A stretch of 45,796 nucleotides of DNA from Candidatus Daviesbacteria bacterium (lineage in GTDB: Bacteria; Patescibacteriota; Microgenomatia; Daviesbacterales; UBA10151), in contig DOWS01000012.1 in assembly GCA_003519445.1 (NCBI GenBank), positions 14,134-59,929 on the forward strand, written 5' to 3'. Each line of letters begins with the position of its first letter. Position 1 is the first letter of the stretch. Made by a program: the position numbers and the translations under genes. The notes beneath the pieces are model-generated. The model was not told the DNA's origin. It was given only the letters and a program-made list of their open reading frames with translations, and made no database searches. Positions 1 through 8,227 of the stretch are shown one piece after another.

Positions 1-357
1 GCTGCCAGTGACTTGGAAGTAGCCACCTCGATTGCCCGGGAAATGGTCACAGAATATGGTATGTCTGCTTTAGGTCCAATTAATATTAAATCCAGATCTA
101 TGTTTGGTATGTGGCCTGCGGGAGATGAGGGGGGAGCATCCCAAACCATGCAAACCAGTATTGATAAAGAAGTCAAAAAAATCATTGATACTTGCTACAA
201 ACAGGCAGAAGATTTGCTCAAGAAAAATAAAACTAAACTTGATAAAGTGGCCAAAGCATTACTTGAAAAAGAAACCCTAGATACAGATGAATTTGAAAAA
301 CTGGTTGGGAAAAAGAAAATTACCCCTTGGCTAATAAGGGAAAATAAAAATCTATGA
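1..357 (+). CDS. ftsH: ATP-dependent zinc metalloprotease FtsH, C-terminal part (truncated by window start)
   Basis: ASDLEVATSIAREMVTEYGMS-LGP...IDKEVKKII...ALLEKETL matches the peptidase M41 C-terminus. Confidence 0.9.
   Translation, partial: AASDLEVATSIAREMVTEYGMSALGPINIKSRSMFGMWPAGDEGGASQTMQTSIDKEVKKIIDTCYKQAEDLLKKNKTKLDKVAKALLEKETLDTDEFEKLVGKKKITPWLIRENKNL
286..306 (+). repeat. ftsH 3' segment; exact 21-bp direct repeat with 1416-1436
   Basis: GATGAATTTGAAAAACTGGTT at both positions. Confidence 0.85.
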
Positions 358-628
358 ATGAACGAGGTAGAGAGAGAGAGGAGCTATTGGAACGATTTTT
401 AGAGAAGCTGGGGCAGTTCTTTTAGAACCCATTAGTTTGGTTCGCAAAATGAAAGCAAGACAGATAGGATGGTGGTCAGTAGCTCCGATTGCGGTTCCCG
501 TAACCTTGGGGGCATTGCAAGCAACTATCACACGAAGTGTGTTAGCAGGTATTTTGTTTGGTGGTGTGGTGTGGATTGCAGAAGGAGTTATAGTTCATAT
601 GATTCGGTCTGTACCTATTGCAAAATAA
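354..628 (+). CDS. Small two-TM membrane protein, frameshifted at an (AG)6 tract
   Basis: Frame of ORF 437-628 is open back to 371 (RERGAIGTIFREAGAVLLEPISLVRK...). ATGs at 354/358 join it only if the AG tract 369-380 changes by one unit. Confidence 0.5.
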
Positions 629-706
629 TCTCATGGTCTGGATTCTGTAAGGATGAGGCAAAGTTACAATTCTCCGTTTGTGTTATAGTGATATTTAATT
701 TACCTC

Positions 707-734
707 TTGACAGATATATCAAATTTGATATAAT
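707..734 (+). promoter_or_regulatory. Sigma70 promoter with palindromic operator for TA operon
   Basis: TTGACA 707-712, TATAAT 729-734, palindrome TATCAAATTTGATA between them, ATG at 739. Confidence 0.75.
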
Positions 735-738
735 TAAT

Positions 739-1092
739 ATGGAATTTGAAATTATTTTTTATAAAAATAGTTCCGGGAGCAGTCCGGTTGAAGAAGCATT
801 AGATCGGTTAAAGGTCACAAACATTATTTTGTGGCGTCAGGCATTAAAGGGAATTGAGAAGATAAAGAATAGGGAATATCATAAAGAGCCTTTATCAAAA
901 TATTTAGAGTCTGGATTATGGGAGTTGAGGGTAAAATCTGGTACAGGTATATTAAGGATTATTTATACCTTTAAGAAAGGACAGATTATCATACTACTGC
1001 ATTTATTTGTTAAAAAGAAGCAGAAAACGCCGGCTGACGAGTTAAATATTGCCAGAAAAAGATTATTAGAAATAAGAATGGAGGTAAACTAA
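739..1092 (+). CDS. RelE/HigB (Gp49-like) toxin
   Basis: MEFEIIFY...GLWELRVK...RIIY...LLHLFVKKKQKTP; real start ATG 739, not 469. Confidence 0.85.
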   Translation: MEFEIIFYKNSSGSSPVEEALDRLKVTNIILWRQALKGIEKIKNREYHKEPLSKYLESGLWELRVKSGTGILRIIYTFKKGQIIILLHLFVKKKQKTPADELNIARKRLLEIRMEVN

Positions 1093-1093
1093 A

Positions 1094-1420
1094 ATGAAAA
1101 GAAAGAAGGATGACTTCGATAGATATTTGGAGAAGGCCTTAAAGGCAGACCCTTCTCTGGCAGAAGAGTTGGAAAAAGCGGATAGGGCATGGGATATTGC
1201 TTTTCAAATTTATGATCTAAGAAAAAAGGCCGGTTTAACTCAAACAGATCTGGCCAGACTGGTGGGTACCAGACAGTCTAACATTGCCAGGATTGAGGAT
1301 GCTGATTATACGAGCTATACTTTAAAAACTCTGGAAAAAGTAACCAGAGCTTTAAAAGCCAAGCTGGAAATTAAAATTGTGCCCTTAGATTCCCGCCGGG
1401 ATTTCTTTATGGCCGGATGA
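1094..1420 (+). CDS. HigA-like XRE HTH antitoxin
   Basis: LRKKAGLTQTDLARLVGTRQSNIARIE, directly after toxin. Confidence 0.85.
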   Translation: MKRKKDDFDRYLEKALKADPSLAEELEKADRAWDIAFQIYDLRKKAGLTQTDLARLVGTRQSNIARIEDADYTSYTLKTLEKVTRALKAKLEIKIVPLDSRRDFFMAG

Positions 1421-1436
1421 ATTTGAAAAACTGGTT
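1416..1436 (+). repeat. Displaced copy of ftsH 3' segment
   Basis: Identical to 286-306; overlaps the antitoxin stop codon. Confidence 0.85.
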
Positions 1437-1464
1437 CGTCTGCCATGATAGAGTATAATTACTT

Positions 1465-2097
1465 TCACGGATGGAATAGCTGTTTTAGACGAGAAATAGG
1501 ACTAATTGTTTCACTAAAACTTTTATTAACCGTTATTACTACCCCTTCAACATATGAGCTAAAATTGTCACCTGCGTATATTTCATGCCAATAAATTTGA
1601 TAAGGTAAGCCCGGAAAATTAATTTTGAAACAATTGTATACAGCTGACATACGCCCTTCTTCTTTTCCTGATACATATTCAGGTGCGGAACCAGTTTCGT
1701 AAACATAATTATCAGGAAAGCGTCTAGGTAGAACCTTAAGTTTTCTTGCTAATGCTAAAATAACCCCTTTGTTGTTAATTGGTTCTCCTTCAAAGTTAGG
1801 TAAATTTTCAAGCTTCACTTTAAGTCTTTCTAGTTGTTGATAATTATCAACTTGATGATGATTGATTAGTCTGTTCCTTTCATCCCTAACACGAAATGTT
1901 CCTGCTTTTCCCGTACTTGCATAAGTTTTCAATCTAACTAAGAAGTCATCCGCTTGTTGGGTTTCTTCTGAGGTTGGTATAACTTGATCAAGAGCTTCAA
2001 TACCAGTTGTTGCTCTATGCATTTGTAATAAATCTTCTTCAAACTCACTTATTATGTCTTGTCTTCTTTCCTGCTCAGCATGTTGATCTAATCCCAT
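1465..2097 (-). CDS. Hypothetical protein
   Basis: 210-aa ORF, no recognised motif. Confidence 0.7.
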   Translation of the reverse strand: MGLDQHAEQERRQDIISEFEEDLLQMHRATTGIEALDQVIPTSEETQQADDFLVRLKTYASTGKAGTFRVRDERNRLINHHQVDNYQQLERLKVKLENLPNFEGEPINNKGVILALARKLKVLPRRFPDNYVYETGSAPEYVSGKEEGRMSAVYNCFKINFPGLPYQIYWHEIYAGDNFSSYVEGVVITVNKSFSETISPISRLKQLFHP

Positions 2098-2188
2098 ACC
2101 TATAAATTATACTATAGAGGAATGATTGAGGGATAATATTTTTTCCGTATTGACAGTGTATGACAAAATTTGATAATATTGTCATATT

Positions 2189-2443
2189 ATGCAACTGGTC
2201 ACAGTTGGTTCCAGATATCAAATAGTTATTCCCAAAGAGATCCGTAAGAAGATCAATGGGTTAAAACCTGGCGTCAAAGTGGCTGTGCAACAGGTAAAAA
2301 CAGACACAGCTACTATTAAAATCTCTAAAAAAAGCTGGTCTGATGAAAGCTATGGTTTTATGAAAGAGGCCTGGAAAGATATTGATCCGGTCAAAGAAAT
2401 AGATAAAATGAGGGACGAATGGGATGAACTTAAAAAAATTTAA
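2189..2443 (+). CDS. AbrB/MazE-type antitoxin
   Basis: VTVGSRYQIVIPKEIRKK swapped-hairpin motif; upstream TTGACA 2150 and ATGACAA/TTGTCAT inverted repeat. Confidence 0.85.
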   Translation: MQLVTVGSRYQIVIPKEIRKKINGLKPGVKVAVQQVKTDTATIKISKKSWSDESYGFMKEAWKDIDPVKEIDKMRDEWDELKKI

Positions 2444-2846
2444 CTTGATTGGTTTAGATACCAACATATTTAGCTATCAGTTTCATCAAGATCCGCAGTT
2501 TGGCCTTTTAACCAAGAAGATCTTTGATGAGTTATCTAAAGATAATTTGCAGGCAGTAACATCGGTAGTGACTTTAATTGAAATACTTTCTGTCAGGGTT
2601 TCTTTATCAAAAGTGAAACAACTCAAGGAGCTTTTTCTTCGCACACCCAACCTGAGTATTTTAGATGTAAACCATGAAATAGCTCTGGAAGCTGCCGCAA
2701 TCAGAAGAAAATATGGTTTTAGAACACCGGATGCTATCCAGCTGGCTACGGCCAAATTAAATAGGGCAAAAGCTTTTGTAACTAATGATGAAAGGTTAAA
2801 AAATTATCTAGGACTAAAAATTATTTTGCTTTCAGCAATTAAATAA
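2424..2846 (+). CDS. vapC: PIN-domain VapC toxin
   Basis: LDTNIF...E...RTPDAIQLATA...FVTND. Confidence 0.9.
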   Translation: MNLKKFNLIGLDTNIFSYQFHQDPQFGLLTKKIFDELSKDNLQAVTSVVTLIEILSVRVSLSKVKQLKELFLRTPNLSILDVNHEIALEAAAIRRKYGFRTPDAIQLATAKLNRAKAFVTNDERLKNYLGLKIILLSAIK

Positions 2847-2850
2847 GCGG

Positions 2851-3059
2851 TTGACAACCTTGCCTTAAAAGATTTACACTTGATATTGGTCGGATCCATT
2901 CATACCAAAGCTTGGAAGCAACCTGTATATGGCAATACACATACCTGATGCGAATACTTTAGTCGGCGAACCTCTAGAAACAGAGGAGGTTTCCGTAACT
3001 TAAAACTTAAATTTAAATAATAAGAGTTTACGGAAGCCCCGACAGAGTCGGGGTTTTTT
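2851..3059 (+). promoter_or_regulatory. Promoter and structured leader ending in an intrinsic terminator before the ABC gene
   Basis: TTGACA 2851, TACACT 2875; hairpin CCTCT/AGAGG 2971-2986; stem 2988-2998/3028-3038; CCCCGAC-AGA-GTCGGGG-T6 at 3037-3059. Confidence 0.65.
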
Positions 3060-3060
3060 A

Positions 3061-4851
3061 ATGCTAAAAGGAAAAATTATGATACGATCAAGAAAGAAAA
3101 TGAATTTTATACAGAAAATATGGCTTTTGATGAAGCCCTTTCACAAGGATTTCTACAATATTGTCTTAATTACCATTGTTTTTCAGATAGTAAGGATGGC
3201 AGGCCCGTATATTTTTGGAAAAATCCTTGATCTGCTTATTTCTACCAAAGGCCTGCTTAATTTTGAGTCAGCTGTTTTTATAGTGGGTGGTCTTATTGGA
3301 GTCAGGCTTTTATCTTTGGTGATTGATTATGCAATTGACATTGTTTTGGTAAGGTTGCTTTGGAAATCGGAGCAGTTTGTTTCCAGGCAGACTTTTAACA
3401 AGCTATTGCAACTTTCCCTTGATTATCATGAAAAAGAAAATACCGGTAACAAAATAAATATTGTCAATAAAGGCCGGGATAAACTGATTGACCTTCTGGC
3501 AACCTATGGCTGGAATTTTCAACCTGTGGTGATTCAACTGATTGTCAGCGCCATATTGATGCTTTTTGTTAACTGGATATTTGGTTTATTATTTGCCGCA
3601 TCCTTAATTCCTTTTGTGATCAATATGTTTAAAACTTATCAAAACACCCAAAAATTTAGGTCCAAGCGGCATGATGCTTATGAAGCATCTTCGGGCGAAA
3701 TAGGGGATACTTTAACCAATATAACAGTTGTAAAGGCTTTTGCCCAAGAAAGGCGTGAAGCAGAAATTTTCTCATCAATCTGGGATGATATTAAAACTTT
3801 TTCCGTCAAGGAATTTAAGCTGCACATGATTAACGGGTTTTTGCGCAGTTTAAGCATAGAATTTATGTATGCGGTTTTGCTGATAGTGGGGATTTATGAG
3901 ATTAGGGCAGGTTTTATTACTGTGGGAAGTCTGGTGTTTTTAATTTCGCTAACAGAACGGGCCTATTCTAATATTTTCCAGCTGGGTTGGATTTATGAGA
4001 GGGCTATTGATGCCGCAGAGCCGGTTGACCGGGTTATTTCTTTGCTTTCGCAGAAGCCCAGCGTTGTTAATTCACCAAATGCTATTATCCCAAAAGATAT
4101 TACAGGCAGGATTGCTTTTAAACATGTGACTTTTGCATATAACAGAAAACGGGTTTTAAGAAATGTAAGTTTTACCATACCGGTTGGATCTTTTACTGCA
4201 TTGGTGGGTAAATCCGGAGGAGGAAAATCCACTATAGCTAAACTGCTTAGTCGCTACTATGATCCGCAAGGAGGGAGTATTGTGATTGATAGCAGGTATA
4301 ATCTGCAGGATTTGGATCTCGATTCTTATAGAAGTAAAACCGCTGTGGTTTTTCAGGATTCTCCTGTGCCAAATAGGAAAATATGGGAAGTTATATCATA
4401 CAGTGCAGGTAAACTTGATTTTGCGTCTGTTAGAGCAAGGGTATACGAGGCAGCAAAACAGGCTTTTGCCGATGAGTTTATCAGTCAATTGCCTGAAGGA
4501 TATCAAACTTTGGTGGGTGAGCGGGGTGTGAAATTATCAGGCGGACAAAGACAAAGACTGGCAATAGCCCGGGCACTTTTTGCAGAGCCTAAAATTTTAA
4601 TCATGGATGAACCAACCAGCCATTTGGATATACACTCTGAAAGCCTGATTCAACAAGCTTTGAAAAATTTATCTAAAGAAAGGTCTTTTACAAAGATTAT
4701 TATTGCTCACAGGCTTTCAACAGTTAAAAACGCGGATCAAATTCTGGTTGTGGAAAAAGGCAGGATTGTGGAGCGGGGTACACATAATAAATTACTTGAA
4801 AAAAAAGGTGTTTATGCCAAAATTGTTGCCCAAAGTGAACTTAAGGGGTAG
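3061..4851 (+). CDS. ABC exporter, fused TMD + ATPase (MsbA/MdlB-like); start may be 3079 or 3100
   Basis: Walker A GKSGGGKST, LSGGQRQR signature, ILIMDE, IAHRLST; multi-TM N-half. Confidence 0.95.
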   Translation: MLKGKIMIRSRKKMNFIQKIWLLMKPFHKDFYNIVLITIVFQIVRMAGPYIFGKILDLLISTKGLLNFESAVFIVGGLIGVRLLSLVIDYAIDIVLVRLLWKSEQFVSRQTFNKLLQLSLDYHEKENTGNKINIVNKGRDKLIDLLATYGWNFQPVVIQLIVSAILMLFVNWIFGLLFAASLIPFVINMFKTYQNTQKFRSKRHDAYEASSGEIGDTLTNITVVKAFAQERREAEIFSSIWDDIKTFSVKEFKLHMINGFLRSLSIEFMYAVLLIVGIYEIRAGFITVGSLVFLISLTERAYSNIFQLGWIYERAIDAAEPVDRVISLLSQKPSVVNSPNAIIPKDITGRIAFKHVTFAYNRKRVLRNVSFTIPVGSFTALVGKSGGGKSTIAKLLSRYYDPQGGSIVIDSRYNLQDLDLDSYRSKTAVVFQDSPVPNRKIWEVISYSAGKLDFASVRARVYEAAKQAFADEFISQLPEGYQTLVGERGVKLSGGQRQRLAIARALFAEPKILIMDEPTSHLDIHSESLIQQALKNLSKERSFTKIIIAHRLSTVKNADQILVVEKGRIVERGTHNKLLEKKGVYAKIVAQSELKG

Positions 4852-4861
4852 AATAATATAG

Positions 4862-5494
4862 ATGAAGTTCAAAGTTCAAAATTCAAAGTTCAAAATTTTT
4901 GTAGTCGTTTCGCTTTTTACTTTTTACTTTTTACTTTTTACTTTTCCCTATCCTGCTTTTGCTGTAGATGATATAGGCCAATCTAAAATATATCCTACCT
5001 CACCTTTGTATTTTTTAAAAAGCGTTAAAGAAATTCTGGAACTTAAATTTGCTCCTACTAGTGAAATTAAAGCCATCCGCTATTTGGAATTTAGCCAAAG
5101 AAGGATCAGGGAAGTAAAAAGCCTGGTGAAAGCAAGGCGTTTTGAGATGATTGCTTCTACTCTGGAACACTACTTATTTAATTTACAAAAAGTAATGGGT
5201 TTAATGGATTTTAAGGATGAGGCTAAAATAAGACAACTCTCGGAAACTGTCTCCATTCATGTGCAGGTTCTTGATCATCTTTATTCTCAAATAGAGAGCC
5301 AGCCTGGTCAAAGAGCAGTCAGAACTACCATGTTTAAGATTACGGAACTGGATAATCTATCCAAAAACTTATCAAAGTCTCAAGGGAAAATTTGTGATTT
5401 TTTAATCAAAGAAGCTTCGAGCTCTGCCTTAAACGAGGTGGAAATAGTTGTTCTAAAAGAACGGGCCATGCTTTGTCTTCAGGATTTGAAATGA
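4862..5494 (+). CDS. Secreted/membrane-anchored helical protein (DUF5667-like)
   Basis: Signal region then P-SPLYFLKSVKE...RRIREV pattern. Confidence 0.6.
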   Translation: MKFKVQNSKFKIFVVVSLFTFYFLLFTFPYPAFAVDDIGQSKIYPTSPLYFLKSVKEILELKFAPTSEIKAIRYLEFSQRRIREVKSLVKARRFEMIASTLEHYLFNLQKVMGLMDFKDEAKIRQLSETVSIHVQVLDHLYSQIESQPGQRAVRTTMFKITELDNLSKNLSKSQGKICDFLIKEASSSALNEVEIVVLKERAMLCLQDLK

Positions 5495-6192
5495 CGGCCA
5501 AATTTATATTCAAAGATATTCTTGCGGATTTCTCCGATAAAAAGCAAATGAAGTTCAACGGCAATATATTTAAGGGCAATGTTTATCCGGCCTTCTTCGG
5601 AAAGCCTTCTAACAGACACAGGAATTTTATATGATTTTAAATAACCAAATTTGCCCATTTTTTTGGCCCGCTTCAAATAATCATGGTCTTCAGCCATAAA
5701 CAGCGATTCATCAAAGCCGCCAATAGTTTTGTGCAAAGTGCTTTTAACAAAAATACAAGAGCCGGGGATATGGGGATGGAACTTTTGGGTCATCCGCATA
5801 TAGTAATTGGCAAAATGGTGTAAAAACTTATCACGGCGTAATTTGGAGCGGGGAGTAATAAAACATGAGGTAATATCCAAAGATCGCTTTTGCATTTCCA
5901 TCACAGTTTGTTCCAAAAATTTGGGAGGTAAGATAACATCCGCATCCAAAAAAAGCAGGATAGAAGAGCCCGCAATTTTGGCGCCGGAATTTCTGGCTTT
6001 GGCCGGTAAGCCTCCTGCCACTACAGTTGCTCCAAATTTTCTGGCGATTTTGACTGTCTCGTCTACGGAGAACGCATCGGCCACGATTACCTCTTGGGGA
6101 GGTTGGGTTTGGTTTTTAATAGATTTAAGCAGGCGGGGCAAGTCTTTTGCCTCGTTAAAGGTGGGAATAATAATGCTTACAGAAATAGCCAT
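5479..6192 (-). CDS. Glycosyltransferase family 2
   Basis: SIIIPTFNE, VAD, FLDAD, GGFDE, EDHD. Confidence 0.92.
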   Translation of the reverse strand: MAISVSIIIPTFNEAKDLPRLLKSIKNQTQPPQEVIVADAFSVDETVKIARKFGATVVAGGLPAKARNSGAKIAGSSILLFLDADVILPPKFLEQTVMEMQKRSLDITSCFITPRSKLRRDKFLHHFANYYMRMTQKFHPHIPGSCIFVKSTLHKTIGGFDESLFMAEDHDYLKRAKKMGKFGYLKSYKIPVSVRRLSEEGRINIALKYIAVELHLLFIGEIRKNIFEYKFGRHFKS

Positions 6193-6249
6193 GAGCTATT
6201 AGATTATATAGGTTTAAGTTTCATTGTCAAAATCTGTTAAAATAATCTT

Positions 6250-6663
6250 ATGCGCATATTTTTCATTGTTCTGGCAATGTACTTAATAGGTGACGGTGTT
6301 ATTCATCTTCTGAATATTAGGCTGGGTTCTGTTATCAATGTCTGGCCTACCTCTGCTGTTTCTTATGCTATTTTGCTGGATTCCATCTATGCCTCGTTTG
6401 TTTTTTTGGCAGCAGCATTGATTTTAGTTGCCCAAACAGACCTTAAAAAATACAAAAGCCTGATTTTTGTCTCCGGCATATGGGCTATTTTCCATGGGAC
6501 ATTGCTTTTATATTTAAACTCAACCCAAAATTTTGGCAATGATTTCTTTAATTATCCTTCTTTGTTAGTTTGGATGCCTTTTTATAACCAGTATCTTTTT
6601 TTTGAGGCTATATTGGCATTTATTTATGCCATAGTCGTTTTCCTCCGACACAAAAAATTATGA
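6250..6663 (+). CDS. Four-TM membrane protein
   Basis: Hydrophobic segments; overlaps the start of the next GT2. Confidence 0.7.
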   Translation: MRIFFIVLAMYLIGDGVIHLLNIRLGSVINVWPTSAVSYAILLDSIYASFVFLAAALILVAQTDLKKYKSLIFVSGIWAIFHGTLLLYLNSTQNFGNDFFNYPSLLVWMPFYNQYLFFEAILAFIYAIVVFLRHKKL

Positions 6664-7376
6664 AAGATATAGAGGTTTCGATTGTTATCCCTGCCTATAA
6701 TGAGGAAAAATATTTGTCCTTGGCTTTGCAATCTTTAACCCGTCTGCAAACTAAAAAAAATTTTGAGGTAATTGTGGTGGATAATAACTCCAGTGACAAT
6801 ACTGCAAAGCTGGCTAAAAGTTTTCAGGATAAGCTTTGTTTAAGAGTCATTCTGGAGCAAAAAAAGGGTAGGGGAGCTGCCAGAAAAAGAGGGTTTGATG
6901 AGTCTTTGGGGGAGGTAGTTATCTCTTTGGATGCGGATACTGTTACTTATCCGGACTGGCTTGATACATTAACAGATCCGCTGCAACAGGAGGTGGTGGC
7001 CACTACTACCTCTTGCAAGATCGTGGATTGTTCATCTTTAACCAATGCAGTCTTTAATTTTATCCAGCCCAAAGCCATGGTTTTGTATAGATTGTTGTCC
7101 GGCCATTACTGGCTGTCCGGTTTTAGCTTTGGCATTTTAAAATCCGTTTATGAGAAATCCGGCGGGTTTGATCCGGCTCTGCAGGCCCAGGAAGATTTGG
7201 ATTTGTCTTTTAAGGTGGCCAAACTGGGGAAAATTAAATTTATCAACAAACCGGTCACATTTTCCGGCAGAAGATTTAAAGACGGGTTATTGATGGGAAC
7301 CTATGATTATATACGCAGTTTCACAGAAGCCTTTATCTTAAAAAAGAAAAGCGTCTATTTAGATAATCCTAGATAA
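6660..7376 (+). CDS. Glycosyltransferase family 2
   Basis: SIVIPAYNEE, VVDNNSSD, LDAD, GGFD, EDLDL. Confidence 0.92.
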   Translation: MKDIEVSIVIPAYNEEKYLSLALQSLTRLQTKKNFEVIVVDNNSSDNTAKLAKSFQDKLCLRVILEQKKGRGAARKRGFDESLGEVVISLDADTVTYPDWLDTLTDPLQQEVVATTTSCKIVDCSSLTNAVFNFIQPKAMVLYRLLSGHYWLSGFSFGILKSVYEKSGGFDPALQAQEDLDLSFKVAKLGKIKFINKPVTFSGRRFKDGLLMGTYDYIRSFTEAFILKKKSVYLDNPR

Positions 7377-8190
7377 AATTAATCTTTTTGAGAAATTCTG
7401 CTATTGATTCTTCCAGTTCAACAGGATTATTTATAACAATAATGTGGTTTGCGCCCTCAATTAGATCGAGTTCTGAAGTCTCGATCCTTTTATGCAAGTA
7501 TTTTGCTATTTCCATAGGGAAGATGCTGTCTTTTGTCCCTTCTACTACCAAAGTGGGCACAATTATTTTGTCCAGCAATTTTCCGGCATCCAATTTGATA
7601 AAATTACTGCAAAGCAACAAATAGCTTCTCAAAGAGGTATGTAAAATATCAGATAAGATTCTTTGAAAATTTATGTCGTTTGTACCTTGGAATTTATTAA
7701 AATCCGCGTGTCCGGCTACTTTTATATCAGGTAAAGATTGCAGCAGCCGGATCAAATAATCCGCAAAAACTTTTGCCACAGGATTATTACTTATAAACGG
7801 GGGCTTGAAACCGGTATCCACTAAAACCAAGCCTTTGGAGTTATTGGGAAATTTGGCCTGGAAATAAATTGCCACCATCCCGCCAAAGCAATGACCAATG
7901 ATAACTGCGTTATTAATGGATTCAATTTTCAGAAGTTCTTTCAAGTCTTTGGCAAAATTTTCCAGTTTATAAAAATCTTTTTTATCGCTTTTCTCTGAAA
8001 GCCCGTGGCCTCTTAAATCTAAAGCAATAGTGGAAATGCCTAATTTGCTAAAATAGCTTCTCTCTTTTGACCAGGCAGTCAAATCTCCTCCAAATCCGTG
8101 CAAGAATACCAGCCATTTATTTTTATCCTTTTCAGTTTTATGATAATAAATTTTAGCCCCATCAAAGCTTTCAAAATACTTTCCTGACAT
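7369..8190 (-). CDS. Alpha/beta hydrolase
   Basis: FLHGFGG, DLRGHGLS, GHCFGG elbow, GTKD, GANH. Confidence 0.9.
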   Translation of the reverse strand: MSGKYFESFDGAKIYYHKTEKDKNKWLVFLHGFGGDLTAWSKERSYFSKLGISTIALDLRGHGLSEKSDKKDFYKLENFAKDLKELLKIESINNAVIIGHCFGGMVAIYFQAKFPNNSKGLVLVDTGFKPPFISNNPVAKVFADYLIRLLQSLPDIKVAGHADFNKFQGTNDINFQRILSDILHTSLRSYLLLCSNFIKLDAGKLLDKIIVPTLVVEGTKDSIFPMEIAKYLHKRIETSELDLIEGANHIIVINNPVELEESIAEFLKKINFI

Positions 8191-8227
8191 ATGGAAATAG
8201 TTTAACAGATAATGCTACAATTCCACC

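Noticed and set aside
469-738. N-terminal extension of the RelE toxin in the ORF track
   Set aside because: Overlaps another ORF and the promoter/operator; the family-typical start is ATG 739
2964-2990. c-di-GMP-I riboswitch
   Set aside because: GGCGAA-stem-GAAA is only superficially similar; the following GCAAAG and second stem are absent
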